Assembly: GCF_006345805.1 (NCBI RefSeq)
Contig: NW_021832068.1
Coordinates: 1-34,389 of the forward strand
Source: Octopus sinensis
Taxonomy: Eukaryota
Direction of reading: 5' to 3'
DNA length: 34,389 nucleotides
Part shown: positions 1-10,893 of the stretch, in pieces
Numbering within the stretch: position 1 is the stretch's first letter
How the letters are laid out: the number at the start of each line of letters is the position of its first letter
Notes under the pieces: model-generated
The model's input: only the letters and a program-made list of their open reading frames with translations
Databases searched by the model: none
What the model was told of the DNA's origin: nothing
Position numbers and translations under genes: made by a program

Positions 1-246
1 TCTCTTCTCCTTCTACTTTTTCTACTCCTTCTTCTCCTTCTTCTTCTTCTTCTTCTTTTTCTTCTTCTTCTTTTTCTTCTTCTTTTTCTTCTTCGCCTTC
101 TTCTTCGCCTTCTTCTTCTTCTACTTCTTCTTCTCCTCCTCCTTCTCCTTCTTCTTTTTCTTCTTCTACAACTACTACTACAAGGCTACGTCTTCCTCTT
201 CTTCCTGCGGTGATGATGGTAGTTATTATTATTATTATTATTATCA

Positions 247-277
<31 letters not shown>
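1..277. repeat. Compound (CTT)n then (ATT)n microsatellite
   Basis: Degenerate CTT/CTA triplets 1-205, ATT triplets about 222-277. Confidence 0.95.
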
Positions 278-820
278 AACAACAATGACCAGCCTAGACA
301 TGTGAAACAATACAATAAATTTCAGGTTGTCTGCGAGACGAAATCGCAGCAGTGAAATACAAAAAAGAAAATCGATTTCACTGTATATGCCTATTGATCT
401 CTGTGCTCTGTACATTTCTATCAATAATGCATTTATTTGTAGAGAAACACCATTAAACATCTATAATTATTGCATGTCAAGACAACGTCCTACTTTCCAG
501 ATTGCGACGTTTTGTTCGAGAATTATCACGATTGATCTGAGAGGCGTGGTGCAACAGAATGTTTTGTGTACGGTACTAAAGGACATTCAGGCGTTAGTTT
601 CGGCCGTCTCAGGTTATGTTTCGTTTGATGGTATTTTATATAGCAACTGGGGAAGAGGTTTTCAGCAGATTGGTCAATGGTTCCCTTGTATTTCTGAAGA
701 AGAAAAGCGACAAAGGAGTTTTGTTTTAAACTCGATGTAAAACAAATGTGTCAAGTGACGTCATTCGTAATGACCGGCTATTCGGATTTTCTTGAGGTGC
801 TATACATGCTCTTACATGTT

Positions 821-869
<49 letters not shown>

Positions 870-872
870 TGT

Positions 873-1170
873 GTGGAGGCGCAATGGCCCACTGGTTAGG
901 GCAGCGGACACGCTGTCGCAGGATCGCGGTTTCGATTCCCAGACCAGGCGTTGTGAGTGTTTATTGTGCGAAAACACCTAAAAGCTCCACGACGCTCCGG
1001 CAGGGGGGGTGATCCCTGCTGTACTCCTTCAGCACTCTTTCTCCCACTCTTTCTTCTGTTGGCCTGCTCGCTTAGCCAGCGGGGTGGCGTCATTCGAAGG
1101 CTAAAACAATGCGAACGCATTGTGACCAGCGATGTGTAACAACATCTGATGGTCTGGTCGGTCACGTGAT

Positions 1171-1178
<8 letters not shown>
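873..1178 (+). mobile_element. tRNA-derived SINE, family A2 (head A + RTE-like tail)
   Basis: A box TGGCCCACTGG, B box GGTTTCGATTCC; second copy at 17708-18010 (-); tail GACCAGCG...CTGGTCGGTCACGTGATCACGTGAT matches the RTE 3' end at 19654-19710. Confidence 0.9.
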
Positions 1179-1215
<37 letters not shown>

Positions 1216-1354
1216 TGTATGAATGTATATGTATGTACATGCATATATATGTGTATGTATATGTATATACACACACACACATATGTATGTGTGTGTGTAG
1301 ACGTTTGTGCTTCAATACATAAATATGCAATACAAACACGCACGTATATACTTA

Positions 1355-1570
1355 TCTACTCTAATTACAAGGCCCGAAATTTTTTGTGGGGGGGGCAGTC
1401 GATTAGATCGACCCGACCCTAGTACGCAACTGGTACTAAATTTACCGGCCCCGAAAGGATGAAAGGCAAAGTCGAACTCGGCGGAATTTGAACCCAGAAC
1501 GTAACGGCAGACGAAATACCGCTAAGCACTTCGCCCGGCGTGCTGACGTTTCTCCCCAAGCTCACCGCCT
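1355..1570 (-). mobile_element. tRNA-derived SINE, family B, tail type 2
   Basis: Minus strand starts GGCGGTGAGCTTGG and carries the family core (consensus GTCGACTTTGCCTTTCATCCTTTCGGGG) present about 17 times in the window. The core resembles the Meta/MESC SINE domain (from recall). Confidence 0.85.
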
Positions 1571-1665
1571 TAAACACGCACACATACAGATGTGCAAACA
1601 TATGTGTATATGCATATGTGTATGTGTGTCTATAAATATGTATATGTATATGTATATGAAGATAG

Positions 1666-2045
1666 GAGGAAGGGTTCGTTCAAGGTAAAATGACTCAAAT
1701 TCTTCGAGGAGATCCGTCAAATTCATGTACACGATATCGAAGAATAACAGAACGCCTTAAAAGATTGGTCGCTGAATATGGGTCAACAAGAAAAATTGAT
1801 TTTTTGAAGAGTGTGGCATATAATTTGCATCAATTTTAAGTGATCATAATAAACCAGTAGTTATATCTTATTACTTTTTTAAAATGACTTTTTTTTCAAA
1901 ATATATTTGCCACTGTTGTATTTAGGAATGGTCATGTTGCCAGTTTAACCAATAAAAACACACGCACTATATATTTGGTGTTAATTTGGTGTGACAGCAT
2001 GATAGGTTACTAAACAAATATTCAAGTAAAATGTGCGTTAACACA
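1666..2045 (+). mobile_element. MULE/Mutator-like transposase C-terminal fragment plus downstream subterminal sequence
   Basis: 1666-1839 translates EEGFVQGKMTQILRGDPSNSCTRYRRITERLKRLVAEYGSTRKIDFLKSVAYNLHQF*, matching the recalled MULE-family C-terminal pattern (RL..LV.EY.....DFL..VAYNL). Right boundary approximate. Confidence 0.55.
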
Positions 2046-2590
2046 GGTAGCTAGGTATGTAGGGAAAAGACAATGTAAGAAAAATGTACACAAACACACA
2101 CGTTTGTATGTAGGTATGTATGTAGGTATGAATGTATGTATGTATATACGTATGTGTGTTTATAGGTGCATAGATACAGACACAGCGTTAGAGGAGGATA
2201 GAGATAGAAAGAAGGAACTCCAGTTGGAGAGGAAGTTGAAAAACTGAGAACGTCAGAGAAAAAATGATAGATAGAGTGATAAAGTTGAAGAGATAGGGAG
2301 AGATACATAATGATTAAAGAGATATGTTCGTGCTGAAATAATGAATTTTGTTTTTTGTTTATTTTTTTGTTTGTCATTTGTTTGTTTTTGTTTTGTTTCT
2401 GAATTTTTTTTTTTTTTTTTTGCAGAATAGCAAATGAGTGATTAGTTTCTTTTGGCAAGGCGATGTAATTTCACTGTCAACTTTCACGAAATGAATTCAC
2501 CTCTAGCGGTAGCACAACCCTCTCCCAATCACAGCACAAGTGCATCACGCCTACACTAAGACTTTCTGGTTCAAGACAGGATAGATATCC

Positions 2591-2794
2591 TTTTTTTTTT
2601 ATCTTTTACTTGTTTCAGTCATTTGAATGCGGCCATGCTGGGGCACCACCTTGAGAAACTTTTAGTCGAATGAATTGACCCTAGTATTTGTCCTTTTTAA
2701 CCTTAACCGAACCGCAAAAATTACTGAGACGTAAACACACTAACACCGGTTGTCAAATGGTGGTGCGGGACAGATGTAGACACAAAGACACTCA

Positions 2795-2846
<52 letters not shown>

Positions 2847-3012
2847 TGTATTATATTAACTATTAACTATTACTTAACTATATTCTCACACCGTCTCCAA
2901 TGAAGGGATATAATAAATATCCTGGAAACACCTGTAAGACCTTCTATATATAAATGTTCTAAAATCTACTCAGCCTTGGTTTTTTATCGCAGAAGAAAAA
3001 AAATTATTTATT

Positions 3013-3101
<89 letters not shown>

Positions 3102-3265
3102 AGACGGGCTTCTTTCCATTTCCGTCTACCAAATATACTCACAAGGCTTTGGTCGGCCCGAGGCTATAGTAGAAGACACTTGCATCAAGGTGTCACGCAG
3201 TGGGACTGAACCCGGAACCATGTGGTTGAGAAGCAAGTTTGTTACCACACAGCCACACCTGCGCC
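2591..3265 (-). mobile_element. tRNA-derived SINE, family C (head + CORE-like domain + internal microsatellite + CR1-like tail), interrupted
   Basis: Head 3100-3265, tail 2591-2790; internal (CA)n/(TA)n contains a foreign segment at about 2844-3000. Similar copies at 30161-30578 and 32925-33218. Confidence 0.85.
2893..2940 (+). ncRNA. Degenerate minimal type-I hammerhead-like motif
   Basis: GTCT-CCAATGA-A-GGGATAT(AATAA)ATATCCT-G-GAA-ACA(CC)TGT-A-AGAC: stems I, II and III all present; core differs from CUGANGA at positions 4 and 5. Confidence 0.45.
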
Positions 3266-4419
3266 TGAATAGATACCAGTTTCCTCATTTTAGAGAAGAT
3301 AAAAATCGGATGATGTGGTGGTCATGCCTTTCTCAAAGCATTGAGGCTAGGTAAAGTAAGTACCTTCCAACAGCAATTTTGTAGCAAACCTAATCTTCAG
3401 TGGTTAACCTTGAGTTTTTAAAAGAATGCATTCTGTTGCAGTTATTCGGACCAGCTGTACAGCCTGAGGATTTTTCGGTGTTTTGATGTCTTAATTTTGT
3501 ATCTCTCATCGAATCTACTATGGACCAATGACGTGAACTGCCTGGAAACTATAGGAGTAATTTTCAATTGACAATATATCTCGTTCTTGTAACAATACAG
3601 TATTACATGCGTGTATGTATGAGTATGTATTTATATATGTGTGTGTGATTGTATTTCTGTTTGTCTGTCTGTGTGTGCTGTGTACGCATATGTTTATTGT
3701 GTGCCTGAAGCCGATAATCCATTAAAGAAGCATTTTGGAGATTTTTGTTTGCACACAGTATGTCCATAGTGGAACCAGAAATTATATTTTTACTTTTTAC
3801 TTCATAGTTTAATGAGAGCAGAAAGGACAGGGTACGTAATTTGTTTTGATGTTATTCGGAATTGGTAGAAAAAAAAAAGAAGGAATTTTCCTCACACTAG
3901 AGACCTGGCCCAGATGATAATAAAAAAAGCAGACAAAAAGCAATCAATGATCAAATGGTAATGTTAAACTGAGTAACGTATGAAGACGTGTGTGTATACG
4001 TTTGTCTGTGTGGCGGGGTACCCATCTTCATTGCCAATTACCCATCGCCAAAACCGCACTAAAACATCTGTCACCAATTGTTCCCATTTCAAAGCCAACC
4101 ACGTCGAAAGTAGTTATGAGATACTAACTGCATAAAAATAAATACATAAAAAAAGTCTAATAATTTACTACTTGCTTGTCATAGTAAATATGCAACCTAA
4201 ACATATTTAGAATGATGTATTATTTATATAATTCACATAGTTTCTAAATAATATACGAATGAAATGTATTTATATGATTTTAGTTTACTCGAAAATCAAT
4301 AATATTTTTACCATTATTCAAATTTGTTTTGAAAAGTTAAAAGTTCAAGTTTGTTTATTTTATATTCTCTCATATTTATGTGTCTGAGTATATAAACATA
4401 CATTCATGCATTCATATAA

Positions 4420-4431
4420 ATAAATATATAT

Positions 4432-4471
<40 letters not shown>

Positions 4472-4475
4472 AGCG

Positions 4476-4514
<39 letters not shown>

Positions 4515-4665
4515 CGTACATATATAATATATATATATTATATATATATACATACGTACAATATTATATATATATATATTATATATACGTATGGTATATA
4601 TATAATGTTATATATATATATATATATACGTATGTATATATATATATATATACGTATGTATATAT

Positions 4666-4704
<39 letters not shown>

Positions 4705-4745
4705 TTCATTACATATACACCACACACAAACACATATATATATTC
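4420..4745. repeat. Compound (TA)n microsatellite
   Basis: Long interrupted TA tract. Confidence 0.95.
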
Positions 4746-5364
4746 TTTCATTTATATAAATAGTTTTAAGTGTTGAATAGATTTCTTATGTAATTCATTT
4801 AAACGTAGAAACGCTTCTTTGAGTAAGTTATAATTTGCTTCCGTTTAGTTGCAAGTATTTTCTGAAAGCGCGGCCATGACGAAATAGCTAAGTTGAAAAT
4901 ATATTTGCCTACGACTTCATTTTACGTGTATTCAGATTTGCTGTCGGCGTTTATTTATTTACTGTAGTTATGAATATATTTTGGTGATGTTGGGTACACT
5001 TAATACAGTAGGTCAGTTCACTTAGCTGTTGGAAATAGGTGCCACATCCACTTAAAGTGAAACACTCGTATATATATAGAAGAAATAATTACATAATTTA
5101 CACTTCCCTAAGCTTTCCAGTACTTCAATATATTTCAGTTTCTCTGATTGGCGGTTATATTTTGTATAAAATGTTTTTATACATAGTTTAATTTATGATG
5201 TGTCGTCAAAAGCGCAAATATCCAAATTACGATAACTCCTATTGTGCTATCCTGATTTATGACTATTTTACAGAACTTAAGATTGTTAGCTACTGAAGAG
5301 GAAGAAAGCTGAGTGCGTCTTATCTGAAGAGTGGTCTACAAATCGTGAAACGCTCCGTCAGGAA
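4745..5364 (+). mobile_element. Probable Penelope-like element terminal fragment
   Basis: AT-rich segment starting at a (TA)n tract and ending in a hammerhead-like motif (5319-5364). No ORF; class inferred from the ribozyme motif. Confidence 0.35.
5319..5364 (+). ncRNA. Type-I hammerhead-like motif, canonical core, decayed stems
   Basis: CTGAAGA (5324-5330), stem II GTGGT/ATCGT with 3 wobbles, GAAA (5347-5350), stem III ACG(CTC)CGT, GUC triplet ending 5359; stem I weak. Confidence 0.5.
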
Positions 5365-5843
5365 TTTTTATTTTTTATTTTATCTAGTTTCAGCTCACGA
5401 GCTGTGGCCATGCTGGGGCACCGCCATTTGGTGTTGCTACATGATTTTACTTCAGGAATGCTTTTTAGCAATTGCCATTTGGTGCATGAGAGAGTTCGAT
5501 GCAGCTGCCCTCATCTGCACCTCCTGCCGTGTAGTTGGTTCATCTGGGACACCTGACAGGAAGAGATCCAGTTTTATTTTAAACATCTGCATCTGCATCA
5601 ACCCCATGCAGGTCTCTCAGGTTCTTCGGGAGGATATTGAAGAGCTGTGGGCCTCGGAAGCCCAGGCTATCACAGTATCTTGTCCTACATCTTGATGGCA
5701 AATTTGGAGCCCTTGGCACTATGCAGTGGCGCCCAGTTCTAGCATTTGTGTGACTCTCGATGCCAAAGTTTGGGACAAGTCCTTCTAGGATCTTCCAGAT
5801 GTATATTATGGCATATCTTTCTCGCCTACGCTCTAAGGAATAA
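5365..5843 (-). mobile_element. CR1/L2-group LINE, 5'-truncated ORF2 C-terminus plus 3' UTR
   Basis: From 5842: YSLERRRERYAIIYIWKILEGLVPNFGIESHTNARTGRHCIVPRAPNLPSRCRTRYCDSLGFRGPQLFNILPKNLRDLHGVDADADV, frameshift, then KIKLDLFLSGVPDEPTTRQEVQMRAAASNSLMHQMAIAKKHS* (stop 5452-5454); hairpin and A-rich tail to 5365. Confidence 0.9.
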
Positions 5844-5914
5844 GCATAAACAGAATGTGTTTACATTCTTTGCATTATACTACATCTAGGTTACGTAATC
5901 ATTTTATATGTCCT

Positions 5915-6231
5915 TTACCTGTTTCAGTCAATGGACTGCAGCAATGCAGGGGCGCCACTTTGAAGGGTTTTAAACGAGCAAACTGATAACTTACGGGGTC
6001 GCGAACAAACCAACACAAGTTGTCAAGGAACAGACACAGAGACACATACACACATGCACACACACATATAAACACATCAGGTCTCCACTCAGCTTCCCTC
6101 TATCAAAATTAATCAGGGCATTAATCAACAAAGGGCTGTAGAAGAAGACACCCTAGATACCGCATAGTGGAACTGAACCCGGAAACGCGTGGTTGCTGAG
6201 AGAACTTTTTACCACACAACCATGCTGCACC
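5915..6231 (-). mobile_element. Old, degenerate family C SINE
   Basis: Recognisable head (GTGGAACTGAACCCGG, ACCACACAACCA) and tail (GTTTCAGTCAATGGACTG). Confidence 0.7.
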
Positions 6232-6305
6232 TAATCATTTATTGTAAATTTATCTCAGTTTTTCTTATTCACAAGTTCATGTGCATTATATATATATATA
6301 TATAT

Positions 6306-6336
<31 letters not shown>

Positions 6337-6521
6337 GTATTGTATGTATGTGTATGTATGTATATGTATGTATGTATGTATGAATCATTAGAGAATAAAC
6401 ATCAAATTCGGGCCAACAACTTTATACTACCCATCGCTTCTATACCTTTTCATCTTATACAAATAATGCAATGGCCTTCAGCATATATATATATATGTAT
6501 GTATATATATATATATATATA

Positions 6522-6558
<37 letters not shown>

Positions 6559-6589
6559 TATATATATAGATATATATATATTATATACT

Positions 6590-7267
6590 TAATTTAAAAG
6601 CAGCAGAAATTAACAAAATTTAACAGAGTTCACGCTGCCGTTCGTCGGACAGTTTTGTTTAAAAAAAAGTATTAAATAAAGCATATTACTCTACCTCTGG
6701 TATTTGAGTACTCTTTTTTCCACCTTGTTTCACATTTATGTGTTTACTCGGTATATATATACTATATATATATAAACACCGTAAGTTAAACATATATGTA
6801 TAAGCACATATACAAAATACAAAAATATATAGAAGGGCCTGTCCGGAAAATGCATATAAAAATCGACTAAAGTAGGTGATAAAATGAATAACTAAAACAT
6901 ACCTTTCATTTAACTAACGTATCTTCAGCCTGATGAGTAGGTAGTGGAGTACCCCTCGTTGAGTAATTATTACTTCCGAGCTTCAGCTAGCTAGGAAACA
7001 TGTATCCTGCATTTTGCCTACTCCAGTATATATATATATATATATATATATTAAGGGAAAGTTTACGAACATAAACAAAAGACGAAGCCAGGTGGAGTAC
7101 AAACAAACAAATGTATTAGTATAGGGCTCAAAAATAGAAATATAAAAAGTCTTTTACGTTTCGAGCCTACGCTCTTCGACAGAAAGATACACAGAAAAAA
7201 AACAAGGAGAGAAACAAGGAGAGAAAAAAATACGTGTAGGAGCTAACGCTCTATCATGGCGTCCTGA

Positions 7268-7270
<3 letters not shown>
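6590..7270. mobile_element. Cluster of (TA)n-separated probable Penelope-like terminal fragments
   Basis: Three segments (about 6590-6760, 6780-7027, 7052-7270), each bounded by (TA)n and each containing a full or partial hammerhead-like motif. Confidence 0.4.
7150..7187 (-). ncRNA. Minimal type-I hammerhead-like motif with U6 variant core
   Basis: Minus strand TCTTT-CTGTCGA-A-GAGC(GTAG)GCTC-GAA-ACGT-A-AAAGA: perfect 5-bp stem I, perfect 4-bp stem II, palindromic ACGT stem III, GUA triplet. Confidence 0.7.
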
Positions 7271-7302
<32 letters not shown>

Positions 7303-7427
7303 AATTTTGCGCTTATAAGGAGAAGGTAACGAGAAACTATTCCTGTGAATTGTCTTAGGAGACACTTCAGATGAAAGAAAGGAGATAAATTGTTCTAGTA
7401 ATGTCTTACGTTTTAAACCAAAGCCAT

Positions 7428-7520
7428 TACTGTTGCTGCAAGTGCTACCACTACTGCTAATATTACTACTACTGCTGCAGCTATTACTACTGCTATTGCT
7501 ACTAGTACTATTACTTCTAC
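7428..7520. repeat. Degenerate (CTA/CTG)n triplet tract abutting the 3' end of the SINE B array
   Basis: Direct reading; explains the poly-Leu ORF 7433-7735. Confidence 0.85.
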
Positions 7521-8043
7521 TTAAGTCGATTATATCGACCCCAGTACGTAACTTGTACTTATTTAATCGACCCGGAAAGGATGAAAGGCAAAGTCGACCT
7601 CGGCAGAATTTGAACTCAGAACGTACCGGGAGACGAAATACCTATTTCTTTACTACCCACAAGGGGCTAATCACAGAGGAGACAAACAAGGACAGACAAA
7701 CGGATGAAGTCGATTTTATCGACCCCAGTGCGTAACTGGTACTTAATTTATCGACCCCGAAAGGATTAAGGCAAAGTCGACCTCGGCGGAATTTGAACTC
7801 AGAACGTAACGGCAGACGAAATACATATTTCTCTACTACCCACAAGGGGCTAAACACAGAGGGGACAAACGGATTAAGTCGATTGTATCGACCCCCAGAG
7901 CGTAACTGGTACTTAATTTATCGACCTCGAAAGGATGAAAGGCAAAGTCGACCTCGGCGGAATTTGAACTCAGAACGTAACAGCAGACGAAATACGGCTA
8001 CGCATTTCGCCCGGCGTGCTGACGTTTCTGCCAGCTCGCCGCC
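7521..8043 (-). mobile_element. Family B SINE head-to-tail trimer (tail type 3 as linker)
   Basis: Full head at 8043; three core units (GTCG at 7525, 7709, 7878) joined at 7642/7643 and 7825/7826. Confidence 0.9.
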
Positions 8044-8063
8044 TAATATTGAGTAAATATTGA

Positions 8064-8182
8064 TTTTAAATTCTGGCCCAAAGCAAGAAACTTCAGGGGA
8101 GGAGGTTTAAGTCGATTATATCGACCACAGTGCTCAACTGGTACATATTTTATCGACCCCGAAAAGATGAAAAGCAAAGTCG
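8064..8182 (-). mobile_element. Family B SINE fragment, tail type 1
   Basis: Core plus tail like 12690-12758 and 32640-32745; head missing. Confidence 0.75.
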
Positions 8183-8514
8183 TACATTAATACGATTTTA
8201 GTAGGGGCAATGATGTTAGAATTACGGAGACTTATAAAATATGACATACGGATGAATATGATGTTACAAATAATGATATCGCATTGATACCTACGCTTTG
8301 ATGTGTTATAGTCAGCAAAGAAACCCGAATGGATGATGTACATTGGTAAAAGACAAAACCAGATGACAGATGCCATAAACATTTATATACTTTTGATAAA
8401 AGTCTCTCATATATTAATATAATATTGTTAGCAAATACTGTTAGTGAAGTCGTCATACGCGATGGTAGTTACACGTTCATATGTATGTATAACTGTCACT
8501 GTTTATGACATCTT

Positions 8515-8745
8515 TGAAGGCTGGTTCTCCGTCGCTTGCGACGACTAGTGTCCCAGTGAATTCCATCGACCGAACAGTCTGCTTGTGAAACTGAAATTAA
8601 CGCATAAATTTCTGTGCACTCCGCAGACACGCGTAAACTTAGTGTTGTTCTCAAGGCAATTTAGCGCGACTCGGAATGTGACAAGGGTGACCCTTTGAAA
8701 TACAATCACAGCTCATCTTTGCCCGCTAAATGGACAAGAGCAATA
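8515..8745 (-). mobile_element. Degenerate SINE remnant carrying the A1/D central domain
   Basis: Similar to 15405-15590 (TGACAAGG..CCCTTTGAAATAC, CAGACACG). Confidence 0.65.
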
Positions 8746-8749
8746 TGAA

Positions 8750-8888
8750 ATTTTTCTTTTAAACTTGGTACTTATTCTATCGATCTGTTTCGCCGAATCG
8801 TTAAGTTATGGGGACATAAAGAAACCAGTGTCAATCGATGGTGGGGGACAAACACAAACACAGATATTTATAGGTATATATAAAGCTA

Positions 8889-8956
<68 letters not shown>

Positions 8957-9103
8957 CGGACTTGTTTCAGTTTCCGTCCCCTCACAAGGCTTTGGTCGAC
9001 CCGAGGCCGAAGACTCGAAGACTCTTGCCCGAGGCGCCACACAGTGAGACTGAACCTAGAACCCTGTGGTTGAGAAGCAAGCTTCTTACCACATGGTCAC
9101 GCC
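8750..9103 (-). mobile_element. Family C SINE, 3' tail missing
   Basis: Head ACTGAACCTAGAACCCTGTGG, internal (GT)n, ACTTATTCTATCG block. Confidence 0.75.
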
Positions 9104-9127
9104 CACATGGTCACATAAAGTTCTTTT

Positions 9128-9350
9128 ATTTGTTTTTTTATTACCTACAAGGGGCTAAACACAGAGGGGACAAACAAGGACAGACAAACGGATCAAGTCG
9201 ATTACATCGACCCCAGTGCGTAACTGGTACTTAATTTATCGACCCCGAAAGGATGAATGGTAAAGTCGACCTCGGCGGAATTTGAACTCAGAATGTAACG
9301 ACATTTTGCCCGGCGTGCTAACGTTTCTGCCAGCTCACCGCCTTCCAATT
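9128..9350 (-). mobile_element. Family B SINE monomer, tail type 3, with 15-bp target-site duplication
   Basis: ACATAAAGTTCTTTT at 9113-9127 and 9351-9365; small deletion in the head. Confidence 0.9.
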
Positions 9351-9966
9351 ACATAAAGTTCTTTTTATTTTGATATGAAAACACTGGGCCGAAGCTTTTG
9401 GGGCAAACATTTTGTTTAAAAACAAATGCGTTACTTTCTATTTTATTTGATATTCTTAATTAAACATTCTTCCCTCTCTTAAAAGAATGTCTTTATTTTG
9501 TATTAGTAAAAATATTACTTTCTGAAAAATATTAACGAATATGTGTGCTTATGAAAAGAACCAACGCGACAAAAAAATCTCATAAACTAACAGTTACGTC
9601 CCTTGTCTTTGAAATTACACCGGCAACATTTCAATTTAAAAATAAATCCCATGTGTTTTTTTTTCCGCCACATGTGCTAAAAATTGCATTGGAGAACATA
9701 CTTTGAACTTTGTAAAAATTAACAGCAGCATAAACCGGTTAGTAAAATGTGGACTTGTTTTGTTTTGTCTTGTGTTTTATTTTTTATTTTTATCTTTTTT
9801 TTCTATAAAACTTCTTTCGTTAAAACATGCAATAATATTTATTCGCAGAACTTTTTATATGAAAACTTTTCTCTTGGTTAGTCTGAAACTGATTTTATGA
9901 AAACATACATTACAATTTTGACAGTAATACTTTTATATGAAATCATTTTTATGAAAATCTTTCTTG

Positions 9967-10016
<50 letters not shown>

Positions 10017-10021
10017 ATTTA

Positions 10022-10211
10022 AAAAAACCACCTTTTACATTCAAATGAACAATTAAATTACCGACATCTAGAAAATCACATCTAATAGAGATATTGAAAT
10101 TAAAATAACAATAAAACACCGATGATTAAGTAAATTGCAAAAATAATAATAATAACGTATATAATTGGTAGAATAACAATATCATTTTGAATTGATAAAA
10201 GGTGGTTTTTT
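10022..10211. repeat. Short element bounded by inverted repeats, flanked by (TA)n
   Basis: AAAAAACCACCTTTTA (10022-10037) and TAAAAGGTGGTTTTTT (10196-10211), extending imperfectly to about 30 bp. Confidence 0.6.
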
Positions 10212-10837
10212 CTAATTTTTTATATATATATTATATTGTGTGAAATTTTGATTTAGTATTTCATTCACTGTATTTTGTTGAAGAGAAAATTTTAATGCTG
10301 TAGGCAAATATACATACATACATACATACATACATACTCATACATACATACATACATACATACATACCTATGGGATGTCAATTTACACTATGTTCTATTT
10401 TTGCGAGAAATCTTAAGTGTTAAATTTTACTCTAATCTCACCTAAAGAAAACTTTTTTCTTTTTTGCATGACGTAACACTTTTCTTCATCAAAATAGAAC
10501 ACGCTTGAAACAGCTGTAGTGGAACTCAACCCATCTGTGTTAATGCTTATTCTTCATCTAATTCCAAACCATCCGTGGATCTGGAGCCTATAGTCGACTG
10601 TGGAATACGTGCCTCGAGTGTACCCTGAGTGACTTTGAGAACGCGTTGTGTATTCTGTCAGTACTTGTGATTGTGTATTTACTTTACTAAGTACGCATAT
10701 GCCCGCACACATCACATTGTTAGTACATAGGTGCGCTATTCCAGACTCTTTGCTACCCGACTCCATTCTCCAAAAACGTAGATAGCACTACTCTTAGACA
10801 CCCCAAAAAAGTAGCTGTCACTCTCATTCTGTCAATT

Positions 10838-10869
<32 letters not shown>

Positions 10870-10893
10870 TGTATGTATGTATGTATGTATGGA

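Noticed and set aside
873-945. tRNA genes at SINE heads (also 10894, 14103, 30578)
   Set aside because: A/B boxes are present, but there is no complete cloverleaf or acceptor stem and each continues into a SINE body.
5345-5695. 116-aa plus-strand ORF as a gene
   Set aside because: It is the antisense frame of the LINE ORF2 fragment.
6929-7010. CTGATGAG ... GAAACATGTA as an intact hammerhead
   Set aside because: Perfect core and palindromic ACATGT, but stem II does not close next to GAAA (about 36 extra nt) and stem I does not pair; at most an interrupted relic.
7521-8043. SINE B multimer as a retrozyme or CRISPR-like array
   Set aside because: No CUGANGA or compensated core on either strand of the unit; the linkers are copies of one SINE tail rather than unique spacers; no cas genes; eukaryotic context.
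10554-10766. 70-aa minus-strand ORF in unique-looking sequence
   Set aside because: No recognisable domain and no convincing splice-site pair.
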